60,658 nucleotides of DNA, from IMG/VR virus record IMGVR_UViG_3300030103_001846, positions 1-60,658 of that record; one strand, 5' to 3'. Below, piece by piece: positions 30,277-38,196 of this stretch (position 1 is its first letter; each line of letters starts with the position of its first letter). A program made the translations under genes and the position numbers. The DNA is from a virus. Its lineage: Duplodnaviria > Caudoviricetes. Under the pieces are notes generated by a model, which had not been told where the DNA came from, made no database searches, and worked only from the letters and a program-made list of their open reading frames with translations.

Positions 30277-30636
30277 CTAATAATACTTAGTAACTTTTCT
30301 CCTATTAGACATTACTGCACCGCATCCTCTAGCGATTTTCTTTTTAATTTGTCCGCCTTTAGCTTTTTTAGCAAAAGTTCTTACATTAGTAGGTTTTCCT
30401 CCGGGATTACCTGCAGCTCTTTTTCTTCTAACTGCACTACGTCTTTGTGATTCTGTCATACTGCGGGCTTTTGATCTGGGAACACATTTGGGATATTTTC
30501 TTTTACTACTACCTTTTGCGGATTTACGACCACATTTTTGAAATTTACCTTTCTTTTTAGGTGCACCAATGTCTACCCAATCACCCTTAGGTCCTTTTCC
30601 AAACCATGCTGTCAATCCACCTTTAGGTTTAGCCAC
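30277..30636 (-). CDS. Basic phage protein
   Basis: GGLTAWF...WVDIG...CGR...YPKCVP; GTG start with GAGG RBS. Confidence 0.8.
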   Translation of the reverse strand: MAKPKGGLTAWFGKGPKGDWVDIGAPKKKGKFQKCGRKSAKGSSKRKYPKCVPRSKARSMTESQRRSAVRRKRAAGNPGGKPTNVRTFAKKAKGGQIKKKIARGCGAVMSNRRKVTKYY

Positions 30637-30802
30637 GTCTACCTCTTATTTTTCTTTTGCGTTTAGTACCTTGTTTAGCTTTTTTCATTTGTGCTGCTGT
30701 AGGTGCACCTTTTGCACCTTTTTTACGCATACGTTCTCCAGAACCTGCTTTTATACGTTTACGTTTAGCCTGTATATTAGCCCATAAGCCTTTTCTAGCC
30801 AT
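30629..30802 (-). CDS. Small basic protein (57 aa)
   Basis: Hand-translated MARKGLWANIQAKRKRIKAGSGERMRKKGAKGAPT... Confidence 0.8.
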   Translation of the reverse strand: MARKGLWANIQAKRKRIKAGSGERMRKKGAKGAPTAAQMKKAKQGTKRKRKIRGRRG

Positions 30803-31139
30803 TTTTCTTTTTCCTAGATCTTCTTATACTTTCTTTACCTTTTTTAAAAATACTTGCCACTGCGGATTTACCCATCACTTTAGCTCTTTGCTCACCAACA
30901 GTTAATATTTGTATTTTTCTAGCAAATGGTTTTTTAACTTTTTTAACTTTTGCTACAGTTGCTCTAGCGTCTGCAGTTGTAGCAAATTTTATTCTAACAG
31001 TGTCTTTAGGGTTCTCATCTGTATATAAACGTCTGCCACTACCTTTAGGCTTTTTACCTGTGCCTACTTTAGGATCTTTACGCTTTTTCCTTTTTCCTTT
31101 AGTTACAGACTTTTTTATACTACTTCTTCTAATAGGCAT
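30795..31139 (-). CDS. Basic phage protein
   Basis: DPKVGTGKKPKGSGRRLYTDENPKDTV. Confidence 0.8.
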   Translation of the reverse strand: MPIRRSSIKKSVTKGKRKKRKDPKVGTGKKPKGSGRRLYTDENPKDTVRIKFATTADARATVAKVKKVKKPFARKIQILTVGEQRAKVMGKSAVASIFKKGKESIRRSRKKKNG

Positions 31140-31324
31140 TACCTATACCCACCACCACGTTTTTTATAAGTTCTAACTAACCATCCATTTGCATATGCAG
31201 AAGGGTAGACTTTAAATTTTCTTTTAGCCTCAGCCTTTACCCTAGCATACAAAGCTGGATTAGTTGGTGTAGCACCTTTTTTCTTTTTAGTTGCTTTCTT
31301 TTTACTTTTCTTTTTTATCGCCAT
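31139..31324 (-). CDS. Small basic phage protein
   Basis: PTNPALYARVKAEAKRKFKVYPSAYAN. Confidence 0.8.
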   Translation of the reverse strand: MAIKKKSKKKATKKKKGATPTNPALYARVKAEAKRKFKVYPSAYANGWLVRTYKKRGGGYR

Positions 31325-31971
31325 TATGTCGGTTCTCTCCTTAATTGATCATATCTATATTCTTGTCTAGTAGCTCTGCCTTCACTCATATTTTTTAGTC
31401 TATCTAATGATTGAATAAACCTTTGCTCATAAACAGGAATTATTTCATAATTTTTCATAAACACACAAGCCTCTACCAATGTTCCATAGAGGATAGTTTC
31501 TGGAGCATTTTTAGAAACCCAAGTTGTTCCATTATCTCCTGCTTGTGTTAGTGAATTAGGTTTATACAAATAATGTAGTTCTACATCTAAATCAGATGTT
31601 GGTACAGGAGCTATAATAAATGTATTATCATCAAAAAGTGCATAATATAATGGAGACCCCGTTGTGCTGGGTGAAGCACAGTAATCTCTTATAAAAGTAA
31701 CGTGTTTATATTTTAAGTAACTAAAATCACCACTAGAGTTTTTTACTGCTAAAGAATAAGGGGCTAAAAAATCATCAGGTGTAGTCAAATAAGGTGAATT
31801 AGCACTAAGTTGACCCTCTACGTTTTTTCTAAAATTAGCTGTTTCTACTAATTTGAGTATTCTATCTTCTGCATTTTCAATAAAATTATTTAAATTATTA
31901 ACAAATGCAGTTTCATCGTTTTGCATATAATCCTGCACAGCAGTTTTAAGTTCTGAATATGTATAACTCAT
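31324..31971 (-). CDS. Head-tail adaptor / tail tubular protein
   Basis: TYSELKTAVQDY...FIENAEDRI...GSPLYYA...LYGTLVEA. Confidence 0.7.
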   Translation of the reverse strand: MSYTYSELKTAVQDYMQNDETAFVNNLNNFIENAEDRILKLVETANFRKNVEGQLSANSPYLTTPDDFLAPYSLAVKNSSGDFSYLKYKHVTFIRDYCASPSTTGSPLYYALFDDNTFIIAPVPTSDLDVELHYLYKPNSLTQAGDNGTTWVSKNAPETILYGTLVEACVFMKNYEIIPVYEQRFIQSLDRLKNMSEGRATRQEYRYDQLRREPT

Positions 31972-32696
31972 GTGTTAATTTGACCCCCCATCCCTGAATG
32001 GTTAGTACAATAATAATACAATGTTGGTGCCCCTGAAGCAACCTCTATTTGTGTATACGCACCAGACTCACCGGGAACTCCATTAGTTGTCACCCCTGTA
32101 GTGTATTCTACTCCACCTGCATGAGTTCCATTAGAGGTTATTGAAAACCTCAAAGGGTGATTGTTATTAGTGCTGTCTGATTGATCAAACTTATAAGTTT
32201 GTCCTTCTGTAAAATTTAATGTAGGAGCTCTGCTACCATCAACGTAAAAATAATTTGCCCCATAATAAGCAGCCACAGTTACAGTATATGTAGTTATCGA
32301 GGGCGATGGTGTTGGTGCTGGTGTAGGCGAAGGTGTTGGAGAAGGAGATGGTGTTGACGATGAAACACCAGATACAGTAATTTCTCCAACACCGCCTAAA
32401 GCTGACAGTAAATTAAAACTGCCACCTATGAAATCGTCAGTAGTATTATATTGTGGGTTGCTACTTGTTGTTCTAACAATACCAACGTTTACTTCTTTAT
32501 CTATGTCTGGTCTAGACTGATATAAAGCCTCAGGATCTACAAAAACTCTATTTGGTTGTAATTGTGGGTGTTTAGGTTCATATTGATCAGGTCCTACCTT
32601 TAAACCGTCCCAAGTCTTTTTTAAATCATTATACTTATATCTTAAACCTGATCTATCGCATATTCCGTAAGCATACTTACCTTTAGCGTAGCTCAT
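31968..32696 (-). CDS. Conserved phage N-terminal domain, Pro/Thr linker and cupredoxin-like C-terminal domain
   Basis: GICDRSGLRY; PSPSPTPSPTPAPTP; HPLRF...LYYYCTNHSGMGG. Confidence 0.7.
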   Translation of the reverse strand: MSYAKGKYAYGICDRSGLRYKYNDLKKTWDGLKVGPDQYEPKHPQLQPNRVFVDPEALYQSRPDIDKEVNVGIVRTTSSNPQYNTTDDFIGGSFNLLSALGGVGEITVSGVSSSTPSPSPTPSPTPAPTPSPSITTYTVTVAAYYGANYFYVDGSRAPTLNFTEGQTYKFDQSDSTNNNHPLRFSITSNGTHAGGVEYTTGVTTNGVPGESGAYTQIEVASGAPTLYYYCTNHSGMGGQINT

Positions 32697-33364
32697 ATTG
32701 ATTGTCTAAAAGGAACTAATCTTAAACTAGATCTATCCCTATCAGATTCATAAGCTCTATTAAATTCTTCCTCATACATCTGTTTTAACATCATAGATTT
32801 TTGAGGGTTCTTTTTAACAGAAATATAATAGGCTAAACCGCTCACCATACAAGGTATAAATCTTGAAGGCAAATCTTGATCATTTTTAGAGTCATTTATA
32901 TCCTCTATTCTTTTCCATCTATAGGTGATTAATTGATCAGTAGAGTTTTCTGGTGTAGGGTATAAATAAATAGATGGTGTTAAAGTTCGTTCTACATAAA
33001 ATTGTGAAGGTCTACCTGTAGATGATTTTACAGGTATATTGAAATACTCTGATCTATCGATTCTTTCCATCTGTAAATCATTAGTAGTTCCTCCAGATGT
33101 TCTTCTAATTACAGCATCTAAAATATCTATATCGGATGCATTTAAAGAATAGTTTGCTGTGTCTTTAACAAGATTTGTAGTAACCTGTTCTACTTCCCAA
33201 AGTTGTACTCCTCTATTAGACCAGTCAGCAAACATGATGTTAAGACAACGTCTAGCAGAATTAGCGTCGTAACCAGTACGAACTTCTAATCCTGCTAATT
33301 CGTATGCCTCTTCAATTACATCTGCTGTATTAAGTGCAAATACTCTTGTTCCAGAAGTTGCCAT
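32693..33364 (-). CDS. Head completion/adaptor protein
   Basis: IEEAYE...SARRCLNIMFADWSNRG...GRPSQF; downstream of capsid genes. Confidence 0.7.
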   Translation of the reverse strand: MATSGTRVFALNTADVIEEAYELAGLEVRTGYDANSARRCLNIMFADWSNRGVQLWEVEQVTTNLVKDTANYSLNASDIDILDAVIRRTSGGTTNDLQMERIDRSEYFNIPVKSSTGRPSQFYVERTLTPSIYLYPTPENSTDQLITYRWKRIEDINDSKNDQDLPSRFIPCMVSGLAYYISVKKNPQKSMMLKQMYEEEFNRAYESDRDRSSLRLVPFRQSI

Positions 33365-33774
33365 TAATCAAAATCTTTGAAACAAGTTAAAACAGCAACA
33401 TAGGTGTCACCACTACTAGCACCAGTGGTGGTTAATTTTATGTCTCCTGTTTTTCCAGAAGCAGCAGCAGTATTTCTAATACCACCAAACTCAGTAAAAT
33501 CTTCGTCTTGTGTATTATCAGAATTTAAATCCCAACAAATAGTATTAGTTGTTGCATGCCACAATAATCTTACACTCATACCAAAAGTAGAGTAAACAAT
33601 TTTAGCTAACCTTACTCCAGTGCAAGCTGCACCGTCTGAACTTCTAGTAGCCAAACCACTTACATCTACTTTGGTTACAGCAGACTCCCCTGTTCCATCA
33701 GAGGTATTAGTAAGTTGAACCACAAATAATCTATCGTTATCTGTTAATGTAGTTGATGTTACTGCGTCTGCCAT
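33364..33774 (-). CDS. Putative structural protein
   Basis: MADAVTS...SDGTGESAVTKVDVS. Confidence 0.7.
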   Translation of the reverse strand: MADAVTSTTLTDNDRLFVVQLTNTSDGTGESAVTKVDVSGLATRSSDGAACTGVRLAKIVYSTFGMSVRLLWHATTNTICWDLNSDNTQDEDFTEFGGIRNTAAASGKTGDIKLTTTGASSGDTYVAVLTCFKDFD

Positions 33775-33789
33775 ATTAAGCTCCTATAA

Positions 33790-34296
33790 TTAAGCGTCTG
33801 CGAATGGAGTAACCACAGTACCAGAAGCAAGGTTAATACCCTCTACTGCGTACTTGGCTGCACCAATGGCGGTTACTTTAATAACAGTACCAACTATGCC
33901 ACCTTTAGTAGTACCGTTTAATGTGATAACATCATTACTAGCACCTGAAAAGAATGTTTTACCTGCTGCGTCACTTTTACCCATATATAATCCACCAACG
34001 AACTTATCTGTTCCGTCAGTTTTGATATCTAAGTCTGTAGCTGCAGTTTCTATAACAAAAGTAAATGAAGCACCCAAATTATTTAATGAATTAGGGTCTG
34101 TAGGGTCACTAGGTGCAGTAGTAACGATTGAAGGTAAAGTAAATTTACCATCAGCATCATTACAAGTAAGTATGCGTCCTGCATGACTGTCTACGGTTAA
34201 TGTTGTGTCTGCTGTTAAACTTACTACTGAAGTATTACCTGCGGTAATAAATCCAGAAATAGATCTAACAGGACCTGAGAATGTTGATTTAGCCAT
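33790..34296 (-). CDS. Putative minor capsid / head fiber protein
   Basis: Start revised to MAKSTFSGPVRS (AAGGAG RBS). Confidence 0.7.
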   Translation of the reverse strand: MAKSTFSGPVRSISGFITAGNTSVVSLTADTTLTVDSHAGRILTCNDADGKFTLPSIVTTAPSDPTDPNSLNNLGASFTFVIETAATDLDIKTDGTDKFVGGLYMGKSDAAGKTFFSGASNDVITLNGTTKGGIVGTVIKVTAIGAAKYAVEGINLASGTVVTPFADA

Positions 34297-34402
34297 TTTA
34301 ACTCCTTTAACTAAATACGTTGTTTCATCTATGGAGATAGTCTGCCGAGCCAGTTGAAACAACAATTAATCTCGGTTTAATTTATTGTATGTTATATGTC
34401 CT

Positions 34403-34430
34403 AAAAAAGAAAGGGAGCCGAAGCTCCCTT
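34403..34430 (-). terminator. Rho-independent terminator after the major capsid gene
   Basis: AAGGGAGC-TTCG-GCTCCCTT followed by a T-tract on the minus strand. Confidence 0.9.
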
Positions 34431-34447
34431 AATTAGACTTATGAAAC

Positions 34448-35356
34448 TTAAGCTCCGGGTGAACCGTACATTCCACGCCAGTCACTAAAGCCGAAAGAAT
34501 ATCTTTCTCTTGCTTTGTATCTTACGTTTCCTGTTTCGAAGTCACCTTCCATACCGGTTTTGATTCCACTTCTTACAAAGTGTTTCATTCCGTTTGGAGA
34601 GTCAGTTTTGATAAAGAATGCATCAGTGTCTGTTAAGAAATGATTTACTGTGTATCCTTCTGGAAGCATACCCATATTTCTTAAAGCATTGATATCGTTA
34701 TCAGATGTTGCTACTCTATTAGGAGTATTAAGAAGTCTATCAGCCACAAATTGTAATTGTGGTGGAACGATAAGCTTTCTAGCTTGAACGTTCACTTTTA
34801 AACCTCTTTCATCCTTAAATGCAGAGATGTCTATCATTGCATTTTCAAGAGAAGTTTCATTTAGATCAGCAGCGGTGCTAGGCTCATTTGATTGATCACC
34901 TGCTGTTAAAGTAGGATGGTCAGTAGTCAAAAGAGGCTTTCCGTCTCCTCCGGGGAAGGAAGTTGAGAAAGCATTATTTAACACGTTAGCAGCTTTGATT
35001 TGCTTTGTCTGAGACATTGATCGGGCTAATGCTCGAGTATATCTTGAAGACAAAGTATCATAGAGGTTATCCTCTATAGCTTCTTCAGTAAGTGAGAAAG
35101 CTAAAGCTACGGTTTCGTGTGAATATCTAGCAGTGAAAGTTTCTTGTGCGTAGTCATAACTGACTGAGGCACCCTCACCTTTCACCGGTGCTTCACCAAA
35201 TCCTGATAACATCACTTCTTCTTCAAAAGCTCTTTCAGAAGTTTCTGTATCAAAGATTTCTTCGTGCTCGTTTTCATAACGATTGTACTCTAAACCAAAA
35301 AGTGCGTTCAATCCCGGCTCGAGTTCTTTTACTAATTGTGCTCTGTTAATTGCCAT
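34448..35356 (-). CDS. Major capsid protein
   Basis: MAINRAQLVKELEPGLNALFGLEY...DFETGNVRYKARERYSFG; follows scaffold; strong terminator downstream. Confidence 0.9.
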   Translation of the reverse strand: MAINRAQLVKELEPGLNALFGLEYNRYENEHEEIFDTETSERAFEEEVMLSGFGEAPVKGEGASVSYDYAQETFTARYSHETVALAFSLTEEAIEDNLYDTLSSRYTRALARSMSQTKQIKAANVLNNAFSTSFPGGDGKPLLTTDHPTLTAGDQSNEPSTAADLNETSLENAMIDISAFKDERGLKVNVQARKLIVPPQLQFVADRLLNTPNRVATSDNDINALRNMGMLPEGYTVNHFLTDTDAFFIKTDSPNGMKHFVRSGIKTGMEGDFETGNVRYKARERYSFGFSDWRGMYGSPGA

Positions 35357-35369
35357 AATTAATCACCTT

Positions 35370-35909
35370 TTAGTCGTTACCAAACGTTGAAGCTGGGAAT
35401 ACAAAATACCCTCTAGCGAATTGTCCTATGCTATTTCCGGGCTTTTCTACAAACCCTACTTGCTTAGCAATTCCACTAGCTGTGGTAGTCGTTACTCCTT
35501 CCTTCGAACGTCCGTTGTTAGAATCACCTGCAGTAGTAGAGATAGTATGTACTTTACCAACATCAGCTTGAGTTGGTGTTCCAGTGTATTGTGCTTCATA
35601 CACAATATCTGGATCAGTATATACATATGCTTTAATATCCGCAGAACCTAGTGTAGTAGTACCTGATACAAATCTTCTTACGAATTGTACTTCACCACTT
35701 GTATCTTGGTATTCAGCTCCATAAAATACACCTAAAGGGGCATCTGTTGCACCACCCTGAAGAACATAACCACTTGTAAGTTTAACTACATCACCGGAGA
35801 AAATATCTCCTGAAGCTCCACTTTCAATTTTAAATTCAGAAGGTCTAATAGTGCCACCGCTTAGATGAAAGGCAGGAGTGAATCCATCAGGATCATTTAC
35901 GTTTGCCAT
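35370..35909 (-). CDS. Putative capsid decoration/cement protein
   Basis: IFSGDVV...GVFYG...DPDIVYEAQ; directly upstream of the major capsid gene. Confidence 0.6.
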   Translation of the reverse strand: MANVNDPDGFTPAFHLSGGTIRPSEFKIESGASGDIFSGDVVKLTSGYVLQGGATDAPLGVFYGAEYQDTSGEVQFVRRFVSGTTTLGSADIKAYVYTDPDIVYEAQYTGTPTQADVGKVHTISTTAGDSNNGRSKEGVTTTTASGIAKQVGFVEKPGNSIGQFARGYFVFPASTFGND

Positions 35910-35939
35910 AATATATCACCATATTTTTATTAATTAATT

Positions 35940-36401
35940 TTACCCTTTCTTCAAACCACCAGATCCAAAAGTAACTTTACTTGATACCTTCGGTTTTTCG
36001 ATAGGCATAAGATCATTACTTTCTCTCATCAAGTTTGTTTCAAGAGCTTCCATTTGATTTTCCGCAACACCTCTATAATAAGCATTACGTTCATCAGCAG
36101 TTTCTTCTGGTATTTTTGCTAAAACCAATCCACCTACACCAATAACTCCATCATTCCTTCCACCTTCAATAGTAGGTGCAACAAAATCAGGATGATCTTC
36201 GGATCTCACTGGTTCCCAACCTTCACGTATACGTTTACTCATATTAGTCTTATCCTCTTGTCCGAGTAAAGACTCTCTAAGCCAACGATGTTTATAACCT
36301 TCAGGTGCGGGAGGAGCCTCCAAAGTAGATGGGGGTGTCCATGGTTTTCTGCGAGAAGTTTTTTCTCGAGTTTCAGCAGTTCGTGGAGTGCGATCTGACA
36401 T
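35940..36401 (-). CDS. Conserved head-module protein
   Basis: WTPPSTL...GYKHRWLR...REGWEPV...GGLVLAKIP. Confidence 0.75.
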   Translation of the reverse strand: MSDRTPRTAETREKTSRRKPWTPPSTLEAPPAPEGYKHRWLRESLLGQEDKTNMSKRIREGWEPVRSEDHPDFVAPTIEGGRNDGVIGVGGLVLAKIPEETADERNAYYRGVAENQMEALETNLMRESNDLMPIEKPKVSSKVTFGSGGLKKG

Positions 36402-36403
36402 AA

Positions 36404-37339
36404 TTATACTCCTTCTTTAACGTGTTTAGCATATTCTTCTAGGGGGACACCTAATCTTTTAGCAATAGCTACTTGAGAAGGGGTCAACCTAACCTTGCGT
36501 GAAGCTTTGTTAGCTGATCTTGTAGGAGCAGCTACTGTGGGCTTTACGTTTACATTTGCATCAGAGCTGTCTGACGAAAACTTGTGAGGAAAAGATTCTT
36601 TCATTCTTTTATCTATTTCCTCGTAATACTGATCTGATTGTAGGTCATAACCTAAATCATATAAATCTTTGTGAATACCAAATACAGCGTAAGTCATAAC
36701 ACTGTCCCTACCAAACCATTCATGTTTTGCAGCCCATTCTTGAGCTCGTGGGTCTGGGGGTGGTTGTTGTGCTTGTTCTGTTTCAGCATTTAAATTTGGT
36801 ATCTCTGTAATTTCTTCAGCTTCTGGCTCAGAGTCCAATCGTTTTTTAACCTGCGATAGGCTTTGTGCCTCAGCACTAAGTTTACCTATATCAGCGTTTG
36901 CAGTAGCCATTGCATCTGCATCACCATTTTCATAAGCTAACTTATATTGCTTTTTAGCTTGTTCTAATTGTGATTGTACACGACTTTCTGCTTCATTGAC
37001 TAGTGTTGCGTCAGAATTTTTTAAATTACTTTTTAAAGTGTTATTTTCTTTTAAAATGTTTTCTGCATATTTAACAGCCTCTTCTTTCTGTCTTTCTGCT
37101 TCTCTCATTTTATAAGTCAGTTGACTTATACGTTTTTTAACACCTTCACTATAATCCTCAAGCTCGTCTTCAGACTTTGCTTCTGCTACTTGTTCTTCTT
37201 GAGGTTCTACTTCTTTTACAGAGTCTTTACCAACTTCAAACTCAACAGAATTATGTTGTTGTTCTTCGTTAATAACATCTGCTTCACGGATGTCTACATC
37301 TTTATCTTCGACTTCGACAGTTAATTTTGGTTCTGCCAT
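36404..37339 (-). CDS. Scaffolding protein
   Basis: Acidic coiled coil; DPRAQEWAAKHEWFG; C-terminal VRLTPSQVAIAKRLGVPLEEYAK. Confidence 0.75.
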   Translation of the reverse strand: MAEPKLTVEVEDKDVDIREADVINEEQQHNSVEFEVGKDSVKEVEPQEEQVAEAKSEDELEDYSEGVKKRISQLTYKMREAERQKEEAVKYAENILKENNTLKSNLKNSDATLVNEAESRVQSQLEQAKKQYKLAYENGDADAMATANADIGKLSAEAQSLSQVKKRLDSEPEAEEITEIPNLNAETEQAQQPPPDPRAQEWAAKHEWFGRDSVMTYAVFGIHKDLYDLGYDLQSDQYYEEIDKRMKESFPHKFSSDSSDANVNVKPTVAAPTRSANKASRKVRLTPSQVAIAKRLGVPLEEYAKHVKEGV

Positions 37340-37347
37340 GTTTTTTC

Positions 37348-37794
37348 CTATGCGTGGTGGACAACGTTTTCAGGATCTTTAATAACAGCTAAAACTTCAT
37401 CATCATTTAACAATCGCATTTCGCCACCGTCAATTTTGATTCTAGCTCCGGCATATCTACCAAAGATAATCCAGTCGCCTTTTTTGCACCAAGCCCCACA
37501 AGGATACTTATCAGGATCGGTGTAAGCGTCAGGTCCGAGATCAACTACATACCCCACGTTAGTAGACAGTCTTTCTCTTTCAACCGTTTCTTTTGCTAAT
37601 ACTATACCACCTTTTGTCTTTTTAGCAATGGTGTAGGGCAAAATTAGTAATCTATAGCCTGTGGGCTTAGGAAGTTTTTCTACTTCTCTTTCGCAATCTT
37701 CTGGAGTAGTAATACCTTTTTTATCGTCTTCTTCGACGGTTTTATTAGTTCTGTTTTTGAAATTTAATACTTGATCCGGTATTTTATTAGTCAT
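37348..37794 (-). CDS. groES: Co-chaperonin GroES (Cpn10)
   Basis: PTGYRLLI, KTKGGIVL, GDWIIFGRYAG and LLNDDEVLAVI. Confidence 0.9.
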   Translation of the reverse strand: MTNKIPDQVLNFKNRTNKTVEEDDKKGITTPEDCEREVEKLPKPTGYRLLILPYTIAKKTKGGIVLAKETVERERLSTNVGYVVDLGPDAYTDPDKYPCGAWCKKGDWIIFGRYAGARIKIDGGEMRLLNDDEVLAVIKDPENVVHHA

Positions 37795-37984
37795 CTATAT
37801 CGTCCTTATTTTCTAGCAGGTCTTTAATAGTAAATTCAGCGAAACTTAGACCTGAAAGTTCGCCTACAATCCTTTGATACTGCTCATGATCCTGTATTGA
37901 CCCCGATTTGAGCGTTTCAGTCAATTGTTCGTCCCTTTCTCTAATTAATTTTAAGAATTTACGAACAATATCAATATATTCCAC
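37787..37984 (-). CDS. Conserved hypothetical protein
   Basis: YQRIVGELSGL motif; upstream of groES. Confidence 0.75.
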   Translation of the reverse strand: MEYIDIVRKFLKLIRERDEQLTETLKSGSIQDHEQYQRIVGELSGLSFAEFTIKDLLENKDDIDD

Positions 37985-38184
37985 TAATCCGGTTGTTTGT
38001 GGAACATTATACCTTGCGTAGCTTTACCGGTACCTTTAGTTTTTGTTAAAATAGCCTTAACTTCTCTAACTCCAACGTTTACTGGACCACCTTGACGCAT
38101 AAAACCCATTTTATTCCTTACACCTACGGGTAATTTGCGTAAACCGGCTCCTTTTTTACCTTCTGGTATTGGTTTCTTTGCCAT
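37984..38184 (-). CDS. Small basic protein
   Basis: GLRKLPVGVRNKMGFM; AGGAG RBS. Confidence 0.7.
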   Translation of the reverse strand: MAKKPIPEGKKGAGLRKLPVGVRNKMGFMRQGGPVNVGVREVKAILTKTKGTGKATQGIMFHKQPD

Positions 38185-38196
38185 TTTTACTCCTTT

